A stretch of 64,000 bases of DNA from an uncultured bacterium (GCA_943788935.1 CALSSE010000016.1:1759-65758), one strand, 5' to 3'. Positions 19,137-29,413 are shown, counted from the stretch's first letter. Made by a program: numbers and translations. Notes: generated from the sequence alone by a model not told the origin.

Positions 19137-20018
19137 TCACTCTTCATCGATCACTCGCCGCCATCGTTTACAGGTCGCCTTATCTGTGGTCGAGGAATCA
19201 GAGCGATTGATCTTGACCTTCTCTTGAATGAGATGGTGTCTCCGTTGTCGCCAAAAAGATCTTTGAGGGCAGGCTTCCTGTTCTCCTTGGGTCGCTAGAG
19301 ATTGGTAACTTGGATCACCAGGTAAGTATAACCTTACTTGTTCTCCCTTCATAATAATGGGCTGAATCGCTCTCGGTCGAGGCGTAGAATAGAGTGAGTG
19401 AAGAGCCTCTTGAGCGATCGAAGATTTTTCTCCTGTTCGGGGTGAGCGAAAGATCTCGTCTAGTTCACACAAGGTGATAAGGGTAGGGACAGGGAGCTCT
19501 AATGTACCACTATAATAAGCGCGTAAGGCCTCCGCAGGATTCCACCATTGAGCTTCACTGACCTCGACGGTGTCAACTGTGAGCGGGGAGACGGGAGGAC
19601 GGATCATAATACCCCAAAAATAGGTATCAAAGCGACGCTTTAGCGCAAAAGGAGTAAGCCAATGGGCAACACAACGAGGCGCGTCAAAGGAGAGCTCTGA
19701 GTCTGTCATAATCCGGAGTCCACACTCTTCATAGGTCTCGCGCAAGGCTGTACCTAATGAGCGTTGAGCAGCCTCCGCTGTTGGAAAGCCCCACTCTAAC
19801 CAGTTATCAGTTGACCGCTGCAGAGTGGGCTGACTCAAGTATTGACGCGCGTAGTCGAGATCGGAGTCCTCAGCACCTCCGCCGGGGAAGACCAGCGCAT
19901 TGGGGAGAAACCTAGAGTGTGCTGATCGTTTGAGCAGCAGGACTTTCATCTGATTGGTGGCGCTCGGGTCATCGAGTAGTATAAGCAGGGTCGCTGATTG
20001 TTTCGCGCCTTGTGTCAT
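19137..20018 (-). CDS. NUDIX hydrolase family protein
   Basis: Nudix-box-like FPGGGAEDSD...RETYEECGL (REuxEExGu). Confidence 0.65.
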   Translation of the reverse strand: MTQGAKQSATLLILLDDPSATNQMKVLLLKRSAHSRFLPNALVFPGGGAEDSDLDYARQYLSQPTLQRSTDNWLEWGFPTAEAAQRSLGTALRETYEECGLRIMTDSELSFDAPRCVAHWLTPFALKRRFDTYFWGIMIRPPVSPLTVDTVEVSEAQWWNPAEALRAYYSGTLELPVPTLITLCELDEIFRSPRTGEKSSIAQEALHSLYSTPRPRAIQPIIMKGEQVRLYLPGDPSYQSLATQGEQEACPQRSFWRQRRHHLIQEKVKINRSDSSTTDKATCKRWRRVIDEE

Positions 20019-20110
20019 ATTGTTTATCCCTATAGATGGAGAGGTGTAAAGAGTCGGTCACAAATCAGAGTTAGCGGCTCTGAATCAGAGTGAGGGGCGC
20101 TGAATCAGAG

Positions 20111-21598
20111 TCAGGGGAGTGGGTGAGGCGAGGCGCGGAGAGCTGACTCCACACCACCGGTTTTGACCCAGAGCTCTCGCCACTCTTCTTGGGGGTCAGA
20201 ATCGGCTACGATCCCTCCACCGGCGTGATAAATTAAGTCTTGACGATCACGAAGAAGGGTACGAATGGGGAGATTGAGGTCTCCACCTCCGCAGGGGTCA
20301 AGATAGCCGAGAGCTCCACAGTATATCCCACGGGCTCCACTCTCCAAATGGCGGATGAGTTCCATAGACCTCATCTTTGGCGCACCAGTGACGCTGCCTC
20401 CAGGAAAGATGGCGGCTAAGATCTCTAAGAGACCATTGTGAGGGGAGAGCTCACCTCTGATGACGCTCACTAAGTGATGAACTGTAGCATAGCGTCGAGC
20501 CTCTCTATCCACGATGACCTCTACGCTACCGCTCTCACAGATTTGGCCAAGGTCATTACGCTCTAAATCTAAGATCATCACATGCTCGGCGGCGTCTTTT
20601 TCTGAGCTGATAAGCTCTTGACGCTCTGATTCATCAGCGCATGGGTCAGATCGGCGTGGCCGAGTCCCCTTGATGGGAGCGGTCTCTATGATTCGCTTTT
20701 GATGACAAAGGTCACCTAAACGACCGCTCCATTTGGCGAGTCTCTCAGGGCTGAGAGAGAGGATCGACCGATTCTCATCAATTATACATAAAGCGCTGAA
20801 CTGACCACCGTTCACTGAGCAGAGGTGTTGGAATAAGTAGGTCGAAGGAATCTCCCTCTGAAGCGTCGCTTTGAGGGGTATCGTCAGGTTCATTTGATAC
20901 ACATCACCACTCAAAACAGACTCTTGTAAACGGTTGAATCGCTCTAAATATTCTGTATAGCCGAGAGAGGGGCTGAACGCTTCTCTAATCCAAGTGACTT
21001 TCTCAGCGCCTGAGTCTTCACAAGTGAGGGGGTCATCACTGAGCTTGTGATGAGCGGTCAACAAGCGGTCTCTCAGTCGACCGAGCTTATCGAGTGAACA
21101 AGCGACCAACCAGCCTCGTTCGGAAGATCTATGATAAGCATAAATAGAGTGATAGCGTGCTGCCCAGAGACTCGGAGCGTTGTGATGTTGATCATGAGGC
21201 TCAATTCCCTTTGCCTGCGCTCCTAGCTCGTAGCTGAGACCACAATGAATCATCGGTGGGATGATCTGTAAGGTCTGGCCTAAGGAGAACCAAGCGGTAT
21301 CGGAGTACACCTGGCCAGTGTCACTACGCCATGGTTGATTGACGAAAGAATCAAAGCGAGCGAGCGCCTCTTCCTCTCGACCCTGGCTTTCATGAGGCTC
21401 TAATAGCATGACATCTTGTGGCTCTAGAGCGATAAAATCCCAATCACAATATTCTCCTGCCCCTTCTCGACCACTGTATAAGACGGAGTCCCCCTGAGAG
21501 AGAGAGAGGTGATGAAGCCATAAAATCGGAGAGCCTATGTCGAGAGCTTCGTAATAAGGGGCTCGGTCAGTGCTATCTAGATCAGCCAAGTTATCCAA
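20111..21598 (-). CDS. pabB: Chorismate-binding enzyme, aminodeoxychorismate/anthranilate synthase component I family
   Basis: C-terminal PGGSVTGAPKMRSMELI and the GxxxG..A.G.YCGA.GY pattern typical of TrpE/PabB. 495 aa. Cannot tell pabB from trpE without a partner gene. Confidence 0.75.
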   Translation of the reverse strand: MDNLADLDSTDRAPYYEALDIGSPILWLHHLSLSQGDSVLYSGREGAGEYCDWDFIALEPQDVMLLEPHESQGREEEALARFDSFVNQPWRSDTGQVYSDTAWFSLGQTLQIIPPMIHCGLSYELGAQAKGIEPHDQHHNAPSLWAARYHSIYAYHRSSERGWLVACSLDKLGRLRDRLLTAHHKLSDDPLTCEDSGAEKVTWIREAFSPSLGYTEYLERFNRLQESVLSGDVYQMNLTIPLKATLQREIPSTYLFQHLCSVNGGQFSALCIIDENRSILSLSPERLAKWSGRLGDLCHQKRIIETAPIKGTRPRRSDPCADESERQELISSEKDAAEHVMILDLERNDLGQICESGSVEVIVDREARRYATVHHLVSVIRGELSPHNGLLEILAAIFPGGSVTGAPKMRSMELIRHLESGARGIYCGALGYLDPCGGGDLNLPIRTLLRDRQDLIYHAGGGIVADSDPQEEWRELWVKTGGVESALRASPHPLP

Positions 21599-21725
21599 GA
21601 GGGTAAGACTCCTCTGAGCGCAGATTGTTTGTGAATAAACATTATTAAACTTTAGACTCGATACAATACAAACGATATTGTTTGAGTAGAGATTGGCATT
21701 GATTAAATTCTTTAACTAGGAGCAG

Positions 21726-24569
21726 GTGATGATTATGAACCGATCGATCGGTACATCTCACTATTTTTATGAGTTACGGTCATTCACATCGGGAGTATTC
21801 GCCTGTATTTGCTTGATAATAGGTATCGCGCTCAGTGGCTGTATTGAAGCTAGCGCTCCACAAATAGAGATGGACCCCATGGACGCCGATGGGGGGACCA
21901 GCGATATAGAGCTCATGATTGACCGTGGAGAAGAGGATATGGCCCCTCTCCTTGATCTATCACAGGAGAGAGACGCTGAGGTGGTCGATTTCCCCGATGC
22001 TCGACTCGTAGTTGAGCCACCAGTGATGCCCGCTGAGGTGGTTGTAAAGATGGGGGCTGAGCGAACGCTCGCCGGAGATAGCAATCGACTCTCCTGTCTA
22101 ATTTATGGCGATAACGGACTGATTATCCCTAGCGATCCTAGCTGGGGAGCCCCACGGTTTGATATTCGGCCTCTCGATGGTTGGACATGGGAAGATGAGG
22201 GGGAGGGTCTTATCACTGCAGAGCGAGCGGGGATATATGATGTAAAGTGCTTTATCCCGAGTCTCGGACTGCGGTCAGAGGAGAAGCGATGGGTGGTGAG
22301 TCCGGCAGCGCCTGATCAAGTCGTGACGCGCCTTGATAGAGATCAATCAGTCGCAGGTGAGGAGCTTAACGCGAGATGTGAGGTCTTTGATCGATTTGGT
22401 AACGAAGTCACTGAACATAGCGACCCGGCGTGGAGTATTGACCCGCCGATCGCTGAGCTTGTGGTCACCACACCAGGAGAAGTGACGAGCTCTCCTACAG
22501 TCGCTGGAGAATATCTCTTAACATGCTCGCTGACTGATGAGATGGGAGCTGATCTTCAACCGGCTACTCTAGAAGTATCACCGGATCTTCCTGCACAGCT
22601 CCTCATCTACTTCGCTAGTGGCCGACAAGTTTTTCGAGAGGGTGATATCATTCGCGTCAGATATGAACTGAGCGATCAATACGATAATCGGGTCATTGGA
22701 CTCCCTGTAGAGATAGAGGTTTCACCGTCTTTATCTAGCTTTGGAGAGGGTAATTATGAGGCGCTTGATCCCGGTCTCTATGAAGCGACCGTCAACTTAA
22801 ATGAAGGGACGGCTTCGGGAGAGCCTTTAAGTCAATCTAAGCCTTTTCGCATAGAAGATGGTGCGCCTAATATCACCTGTGATCGCCCTCTCTTGGGGGC
22901 GATGACGAGTTTAGCCCCACAAGAAGTCCGTGGCCGAGTGACCGATCTCTCAGAGATCACGACATTTACGGTAAATGGACGTCCGTCGACTCTTGAGGTG
23001 GGAGGGCGCTTCACTGAGATAGTGAGGCCGACATGGGGACTGAATGTGATCGAGTTACTCGCCATAGATCAATTCGGAGCAGAGAGCGTCTCCCACTGTA
23101 TGTTCTTTGCCTCTGACAGCTATCTCTCAGAGTATATCTCGATCACCAACTCAGCGCTCTTGCACCTCGATCAAGAGGCGATTGATGATGGCTCGCCGAG
23201 GTCACCGATCAACAGCCTCGGAGATCTATTAGGGGAGATGTTAAATTCAAGTGAGCTGATCGATACAATCGATCAAAGTTTGAGCGCGCTCAACCCCATC
23301 GTCCCTACCCAATGTCGATTTAGCGTATTTGGAAGGTGTTTATTCTCTGCGGGTGTGAGGTACGACTCTACAAGTGTCAATGGACCGAACAGCATCTCAC
23401 TCACCTTACGGGATGGAGGGTTGAGGGTTGACGCGACAATCCGCTCTGCAGTTTTAGGGATCAGCACACGAGGAACTATCCAAACGAGTGGAACAGTGAG
23501 TGTGAGCAGTATTCGAGTGGTCGCTGATCTGAGCGTATCCTTAGTGGGGAGCACTCCTAGTATTCAAGTAACGGGCACTCCACAGGTAACGATCGGTAAT
23601 ATCTCTCTGAGCCTCAATATCAATTTATCGATTGCACAGAGCATCATTAACGCTTTTCTTAATTTAGTTTTAGACGCTTTTGAGGGGTTAGTTCGTGACC
23701 AAATATCAGCAGTGGTCGAATCTTATATCACCAATGAGGTAGACGCTCTTTTATCGACAGCGCTCGGCAGCCTTGATCTCGATGCTTTGGGCCTTAGTCT
23801 GAATTTACCTAGACCCCTAGGGAGCGGAAGTTATGCCTTAGGTCTGAATTTCTCGCTTAGCAGAATAAATGTTGACCAAGACCGGATGCAGATTGGCTTA
23901 AAGAGCGCTGTGATAGGACAACGACTAGGGCAATTACCCTCTGCAGGGATAGCGGTGACCGACTCGAATCGTCTCGTTGAACTCTCTCCGGGCTTTAACC
24001 GTGACGCCGCGGGGGCTGCTCATATCGGCTTATTTAACAGCATTTTACATCGTCTATGGCGAGGTGACTACTTTGACATATCCACCGAGTCTGAAGGGGT
24101 GAGTGTTGACTTCAGCTTAAAGACTCCACCGGCGCTAGAGCTTACTGGCAATCGCCAAAGTGTGATCCTTCATTTAGGACCTGCGAACGCTCAGATCAAC
24201 GCCCCCTCACTGCTCGCAGAACCAATAGAGGTTGTCGTCGGTGGTTGGGCTTCTTCATCGGTGAGTCTAAACGGCGCTAATGAGCTCATATTCGATGCGG
24301 TGGAGATAGATGATCTCGTGATCAGCTCACCGCTAGTCAACTTAGACGGTGCCTCCCTAGAAGCTATCGCTGCAGTGATGACTACGCTCATTCAAGACCT
24401 CCTCGATGACACTCTTAACAGCGCTCTCCCTTCTTTCCCTATTCCGTCCTTCACCCTCCCCGACTCATTGAGCGCTTATGGTGTTCCGAGAGGAACTACT
24501 TTAGGGGTGGAGAGATTAACTTTGAGTAGTGATAACGCTCGTTTGATCGTACGAGGAGACTTCCAATGA
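21726..24569 (+). CDS. Large hypothetical lipoprotein (947 aa); paralogous to the next gene over its C-terminal ~500 aa
   Basis: Lipoprotein-type N-terminus (...IIGIALSGCIEA). Ig-like beta-rich N-terminal part, then a long Ser/Leu/Ile-rich region (LGISTRGTIQTSGTVSVSSIRVVADLSVSL...). The last residues RGDFQ resemble the downstream gene's FLFDFQ. Confidence 0.7.
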   Translation: MMIMNRSIGTSHYFYELRSFTSGVFACICLIIGIALSGCIEASAPQIEMDPMDADGGTSDIELMIDRGEEDMAPLLDLSQERDAEVVDFPDARLVVEPPVMPAEVVVKMGAERTLAGDSNRLSCLIYGDNGLIIPSDPSWGAPRFDIRPLDGWTWEDEGEGLITAERAGIYDVKCFIPSLGLRSEEKRWVVSPAAPDQVVTRLDRDQSVAGEELNARCEVFDRFGNEVTEHSDPAWSIDPPIAELVVTTPGEVTSSPTVAGEYLLTCSLTDEMGADLQPATLEVSPDLPAQLLIYFASGRQVFREGDIIRVRYELSDQYDNRVIGLPVEIEVSPSLSSFGEGNYEALDPGLYEATVNLNEGTASGEPLSQSKPFRIEDGAPNITCDRPLLGAMTSLAPQEVRGRVTDLSEITTFTVNGRPSTLEVGGRFTEIVRPTWGLNVIELLAIDQFGAESVSHCMFFASDSYLSEYISITNSALLHLDQEAIDDGSPRSPINSLGDLLGEMLNSSELIDTIDQSLSALNPIVPTQCRFSVFGRCLFSAGVRYDSTSVNGPNSISLTLRDGGLRVDATIRSAVLGISTRGTIQTSGTVSVSSIRVVADLSVSLVGSTPSIQVTGTPQVTIGNISLSLNINLSIAQSIINAFLNLVLDAFEGLVRDQISAVVESYITNEVDALLSTALGSLDLDALGLSLNLPRPLGSGSYALGLNFSLSRINVDQDRMQIGLKSAVIGQRLGQLPSAGIAVTDSNRLVELSPGFNRDAAGAAHIGLFNSILHRLWRGDYFDISTESEGVSVDFSLKTPPALELTGNRQSVILHLGPANAQINAPSLLAEPIEVVVGGWASSSVSLNGANELIFDAVEIDDLVISSPLVNLDGASLEAIAAVMTTLIQDLLDDTLNSALPSFPIPSFTLPDSLSAYGVPRGTTLGVERLTLSSDNARLIVRGDFQ

Positions 24570-26950
24570 GTGTTCAAGTCAAAATGATTCAGCCAATGTG
24601 GAGAGCGCTTTGGACTCCCATGTATACTCTCTTTATTATCTCCGCTGCGAGCATCATAAGTCTAGGATGTGATGATCCACTTCCACCTCCGGTCAAGGCT
24701 GTAGACATGGCCCTCCCCGAGATAGATCAAGAAGTCGTTGAGGTTGATCAAGAGGTCATTGAAGTCGATCAAGAGATCGTTGAGGTCGATCAGGAGATCA
24801 TCGAGCCACAGATCGGATGGATTGAACTCAACCTCGCTCCGGTTCGATCGTTTTATACGCTCTCAGATGAGCCGGAAGTCACTGTTGAGGTCTATAATGA
24901 ATTCGGTGACCCGTTTCCTAGCGCGCCGCTGAGATATAGCTTGAGTTCACCAGTGGCGACTCTTAGCGATCGCGGTGAAGCGGTCCCACTAGAGACAGAA
25001 ACCTCCTCTCATCAAGTACAGATGCAATTGCTCGGAGAAGGCTTTGTAGACTTGGTCGTTTGCTCAGCAGAAGAGGAGACTGCAAGTGTTTGCGCTACAC
25101 GCCCTCTACTCATCGATGACTCAGCGCCTACGATTGAAGTCTTTTGGCCTCCGCGAGGGGTCGCCTTATCAATGGAAGACCCATGGGTGTCGTGGAGTGA
25201 GTTGGCCCTTGATGCTGAGCCACCCGCTCTCTCTAGAGATGGCGTAGTGCTCGAAGAGAACCTAGAACAACTTAAGGACTATATGCCGGTCTATGGACAG
25301 GTTTCAGGTCTCGGTGACCGAGGAGAGATTACTCTCAATGGGATGTTGCTTAGCCCTAATGAACAAGGGTATTTTGCCACCTATATTGACTCGAGTCCCG
25401 AGTATAAAGAGCTGACTCTCGTCGCTGATGACGCGGTGAGGTTTTCTCAAGTGACCGATCGTAGATGGGTACTGCTTGCCGCTGATTACTTGCCCCATGC
25501 AGAGAGTGATAGCCTCATTAGCGATGGGATAGAGTTCTCTTTACAACAGAGCTTTATTGATGGTGACTCTCCTCCGGTGAGCGATGGGCCCTTAGTGAGT
25601 GATGAGATCGCTCAGCTCCTCGACTTATTTTTAGGTCTTATTGATCCCAATGAACTCATCATTCAGTCTTCACTCGTCAACACGCCTGAGCTTCAGCTAT
25701 CGATTAACGACCTCTCTCTCGGACGACCTGATATTGATCTACAGATCACAGACGAGGGTCTCTCTCTGTTGTTGAGCCTTAATCAAGTGACTGTAGAGGT
25801 GAGCGGGGCTATAAACATTGGCTCGAGTGAGATTGATCTCAGTGGTTCTCTACAGATTAGTCTCAGCGCTTTCTCTGATTACTCTCTAGCCATCAGTGAT
25901 GCACCGCTAGAGGTACAGTATGAAGAGGGGGCGGTGGTGATCACTCGGATCACACCAGACCTCAACGAAGAGTCAGCGAATGCTGTCCTCTCAGTTGTTG
26001 AATCCACTGCGCGGTCACTCATCATTGAGCAAATAGAGGGTCAAGTGCTCACTCTCATCGAGCGCGATATCCCTCTTCTTCTAGAGAGCGCGGTGGGAGA
26101 CGTTTATCGAGAGCTTGAAGAGATCCCCCTTATGTTAAGTACAGGGCTAGAGGGCGCTCCAGATCTATCACTCTTGATCCAAGTTGAGCCCGCAACGGTC
26201 ACCTCGAGGCCGTTACAGATGATCAGCCTCTCGGCGAATGTGAAGATTCGTAACAACAGTGACCCTGCGTCTTTACGACACCTTGATTCTAGGGGGATTC
26301 CACAGCTCAGCATCTCTTCAACACCCAATGTAGACCTCTCTCCGGTGAGCTTTAGGCTTAGACCAGAGTTTGTGAATGGAATCCTTACCGAGATTTGGAG
26401 GAGTGGATTGTTGGAGCTCAGCCCTCCTCTGCCCGCGAGCGCGAGTATCTTCTTCAGTGATGTTAAAGCGAGCGCCCTCACCCCACCTTTGCTCACGATG
26501 ACTGGTAGTCGTGAAGCGTATCCACTCTACTTAGAGCTTGGTGCTCTTCGCTTAGAACTTACTCAAACGATGACTGGAGCGGTGGATACATATGAGGCTT
26601 TCCTCAAGGTCGGCGCTGAGCTAGTCGTCGACGGAGGTACCTTTACGGTTCGGCTTGAAGATGAGCCTCTAGCAGAGGTGTCTCTAGTCAGCTTAGGAGG
26701 GGATCGGGCGGTCGTGACTGAAGATCTTATCTCCACGCTCTTGATCCAACAAGTCTGGCCAACGCTCAGCGCTGAGCTTCTCAGTCGGCTCTCTTTAGGT
26801 ATTCCTGACTCATTCCTCGATTTATCTCAGCTCTCTTACCTAGGGGTTGATGTGACGCGAGGTCAGCTTCGGCCAAGGTTTAGTTCTGAAGTAAGTTATC
26901 GTGAGGACTGGATCACGATGAGTGGTCGGTTCCTCTTCGACTTTCAGTGA
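24566..26950 (+). CDS. Large hypothetical lipoprotein (794 aa), paralogue of the upstream gene; translationally coupled (ATGA overlap)
   Basis: N-terminal signal with LGC lipobox (IISLGCDDP). Contains an in-frame 21-nt x4 repeat (VDQEVIEVDQEIVEVDQEII). The C-terminal region aligns in character with 21726..24569. Confidence 0.7.
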   Translation: MSVQVKMIQPMWRALWTPMYTLFIISAASIISLGCDDPLPPPVKAVDMALPEIDQEVVEVDQEVIEVDQEIVEVDQEIIEPQIGWIELNLAPVRSFYTLSDEPEVTVEVYNEFGDPFPSAPLRYSLSSPVATLSDRGEAVPLETETSSHQVQMQLLGEGFVDLVVCSAEEETASVCATRPLLIDDSAPTIEVFWPPRGVALSMEDPWVSWSELALDAEPPALSRDGVVLEENLEQLKDYMPVYGQVSGLGDRGEITLNGMLLSPNEQGYFATYIDSSPEYKELTLVADDAVRFSQVTDRRWVLLAADYLPHAESDSLISDGIEFSLQQSFIDGDSPPVSDGPLVSDEIAQLLDLFLGLIDPNELIIQSSLVNTPELQLSINDLSLGRPDIDLQITDEGLSLLLSLNQVTVEVSGAINIGSSEIDLSGSLQISLSAFSDYSLAISDAPLEVQYEEGAVVITRITPDLNEESANAVLSVVESTARSLIIEQIEGQVLTLIERDIPLLLESAVGDVYRELEEIPLMLSTGLEGAPDLSLLIQVEPATVTSRPLQMISLSANVKIRNNSDPASLRHLDSRGIPQLSISSTPNVDLSPVSFRLRPEFVNGILTEIWRSGLLELSPPLPASASIFFSDVKASALTPPLLTMTGSREAYPLYLELGALRLELTQTMTGAVDTYEAFLKVGAELVVDGGTFTVRLEDEPLAEVSLVSLGGDRAVVTEDLISTLLIQQVWPTLSAELLSRLSLGIPDSFLDLSQLSYLGVDVTRGQLRPRFSSEVSYREDWITMSGRFLFDFQ

Positions 26951-26985
26951 GTAATGACCTGTCAGAAGAGATAAATAGGCGTAGG

Positions 26986-27885
26986 TTATCTAACCACCTT
27001 CTTGGCTCTTTTGCCCTTCTTGACTCGTTTGCCTTTAGCGGACTTATGAGCTCGCTTGGTCGCTCTTTTCCCTTTGCGAGAACCTTTTTTCACCGCTCGC
27101 TTGCCTGACTTTCCACTAAATCGAAAGACACGAGAGATCTTACGACGAGCTTTCATCTTGCCCTTCACTGTCTTGGTTTGTCCTCCACTCTTAAGAGTGA
27201 CTTTATATGGCCCAGCGGGGATTATGAAGGGTTTAGCCTGCTTGGCCTTAATCGAGCCGCGTTTCTTACCATTGATGATGACTGTCGCTGCCTTATTGGA
27301 CATAGCGACAAAGACCCCAAGGTTCTTTTTCTTTTGAGACGTCTCGGTAGGCTTAGCCGTGGGCTTTGGAGCGGGCTTTGGAGCGGGCTTAACCGTGGGC
27401 TCAGCGACGGGCTCAGCGACGACGGGTTTAGCGACAGGCTCAGCGACGGGTTTAGCGACAGGCTCAGCGACGGGTTTAGCGACAGGCTCAGCGACGACGG
27501 GTTTAGCGACAGGCTCAGCGACGACGGGTTTAGCGACAGGCTCAGCGACGACGGGTTTAGCGACGGGCTCAGCGACGGGCTCAGCGACGGGCTCAGCGAC
27601 GGGCTCAGCGACGGGCTCAGCGACGGGCTCAGCGACGACGGGTTTAGCGACAGGCTCAGCGACGGGTTCAGGCTCAATATCAATACCCTCTTGGGCTAAG
27701 ATCTTCGCTAATTCTTCTTCGGAGAGCGCTGTCTCTTCACCTTCGACAACATTGGCCTCGGTGGTGTCATCATCAAATGTAAACTCATCTGCGAAGGCAG
27801 TTGAGGATAAACTGAGCAGTAATATAAATGATAGACAACCGCTGAAGAACGGTCGACATTGAATGTTGGGTATTAGGCGCATCAA
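26986..27885 (-). CDS. Secreted protein with (PVAE/PVAK)n Pro-Val-Ala-rich tandem repeats, a PEGA-like beta domain and a Lys/Arg-rich C-terminal tail
   Basis: Signal peptide (MMRLIPNIQCRPFFSGCLSFILLLSLSSTAFA). ~30 copies of PVAEPVAKPVVAE. ATVIINGKKRGSIKAKQAKPFIIPAGPYKVTLKSGG resembles a PEGA domain. Tail is KKGSRKGKRATKRAHKSAKGKRVKKGKRAKKVVR. Overlapping ORFs on both strands in this region are repeat artefacts. Confidence 0.65.
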   Translation of the reverse strand: MMRLIPNIQCRPFFSGCLSFILLLSLSSTAFADEFTFDDDTTEANVVEGEETALSEEELAKILAQEGIDIEPEPVAEPVAKPVVAEPVAEPVAEPVAEPVAEPVAEPVAKPVVAEPVAKPVVAEPVAKPVVAEPVAKPVAEPVAKPVAEPVAKPVVAEPVAEPTVKPAPKPAPKPTAKPTETSQKKKNLGVFVAMSNKAATVIINGKKRGSIKAKQAKPFIIPAGPYKVTLKSGGQTKTVKGKMKARRKISRVFRFSGKSGKRAVKKGSRKGKRATKRAHKSAKGKRVKKGKRAKKVVR

Positions 27886-28114
27886 CGGACTCCTTATTAT
27901 GAGTAGTAAACAGCACTCACAGCTATCGTGATCTAAATGATTAACTTTGAGGCAATATAGTCATTGTTAAAGTATGCGAAAGAGCGAGAGCGTGAAACAC
28001 AAATATGATAAGGATTTGATGCTTGAAGAGAGCTCAATACAATCTAATCGCTCATAGAGGGTATGATAGACCCTCATCCTTGAACTAATCAGCTTCTCCG
28101 CGAGTTAATCACGA

Positions 28115-29296
28115 CTATCGTGGTGCACAGACTTCAGCACTGCTCATTCTTGATGAGGAGTTACCGACAAACCGATCTCTCTCATCATCAATGGTCTTGG
28201 GGAGGTCAGCACAGTGGCCATTAAACTCTGATGCTTTAGGGACACATATGCCTGCCTGACTTTGAAGGGGATCCGCAATACAGAAGGTCTGCGCTTTATT
28301 GAGGACGTCAGGACAACCTCCTTCACAGCTTAATGAACAGAAGCCTGCGGGATGACAAAATCCCTGCTGTGAGCCAGCATAAAAGTCGCAGTCTCTCTGA
28401 CAGCCACAACGATCTCCGACGAAGGCTCTCCCGCTGTTATATAGACAAGCGCTAAGCTCTTCGATGCTCCACTCCTCTTGGTCGAGTTGACTTAACTCAG
28501 CAGCGTTAGCGACCTCTGTGCCGTCGAACTCACTGAGCATCCCCTGATCCTTCATAAAGCGAGTAAATTTTCGCATAATATTCCACGCCAACCAATTCCC
28601 TCCTTGGCCTCTTAATACCCACGGAGTGTAGGCGTACATCGCCGCAGTCGCATGATTGACAGGTCTCACCCACACAGGGTCAAGGGTTTGTCTTGATCGA
28701 CCTGCTCGCCATAAACCTGTGTCTCGTCGTGATTTATTAAAAAGACCGCGCAGAGCATTTCCTCCACAACGGAGCTGGTTTCCAAAACCTTTGAAGTAGC
28801 TAGAGCAAGTCTCACCATCATGGCATCCGCAGCCTAAGGCAGCGTCCGATACCCTTTGGCTAGGCTTTGATTGACGACTGATCAAGCTCTGCTCTACTTG
28901 CATTCTCGTGAGTAACAGCAGTGGGTTCACACCGCTGTCGTGGGCTTGCTCTATAATGATTTGAGAGGCTTGTTTGCCCCCGTAGGTAAAGTCAGCGAGC
29001 CAGCTGCGTTGTCCATAGGGAGGATTTTCCAAGAAGTCTTGCAGCGCTGATACGCTTAAGGCGCCGGTGTTGAGAAAGAATAGATCGCTCATGAGCCAAT
29101 CTTGATCAAATTTGTCGAGGAGACCGTCACTCTTTCCATTCTCACCAGTGATGGGCGCTAAGTCATAGGCCACTGGATGTATAGAGGGCGTCTCATCTTC
29201 ACCAGAGGCGCACGCTGTAAGAGATAATAAGAAGAGAGAAACCAATAAAAGATAGAGCAGCGGTTTCTTAGCAACTGATATATATCTTTGAGTCAC
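28115..29296 (-). CDS. Hypothetical Cys-rich lipoprotein
   Basis: N-terminus LLLVSLFLLSLTACASGE (lipobox LTAC). C-terminal region carries many paired Cys (CGCHDGETC..., CGCQRDCDFY..., CSLSCEGGCPD). Confidence 0.6.
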   Translation of the reverse strand: MTQRYISVAKKPLLYLLLVSLFLLSLTACASGEDETPSIHPVAYDLAPITGENGKSDGLLDKFDQDWLMSDLFFLNTGALSVSALQDFLENPPYGQRSWLADFTYGGKQASQIIIEQAHDSGVNPLLLLTRMQVEQSLISRQSKPSQRVSDAALGCGCHDGETCSSYFKGFGNQLRCGGNALRGLFNKSRRDTGLWRAGRSRQTLDPVWVRPVNHATAAMYAYTPWVLRGQGGNWLAWNIMRKFTRFMKDQGMLSEFDGTEVANAAELSQLDQEEWSIEELSACLYNSGRAFVGDRCGCQRDCDFYAGSQQGFCHPAGFCSLSCEGGCPDVLNKAQTFCIADPLQSQAGICVPKASEFNGHCADLPKTIDDERDRFVGNSSSRMSSAEVCAPR

Positions 29297-29413
29297 AGTG
29301 TTACCTCCCTGTAGTAGCGATCTCTAGTATAGACTTGATCGAGACTGCTTGACAAGGGAGGATAACTTTGAGGCCGGCTTGTTAGCCCGCATTACCCTGT
29401 GTTATCGGTGTGC

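Noticed and set aside
27056-27862. Four overlapping ORFs on both strands over the PVAE repeat region (27056..27337+, 27178..27699+, 27222..27683-, 27359..27862+)
   Set aside because: Low-complexity translations (GLSDGLSD…, SLSPSLSP…, ATGSATGL…) generated by the 12/15-nt repeat. Only the minus-strand 299-aa frame has a signal peptide, a non-repetitive domain and a sensible end.
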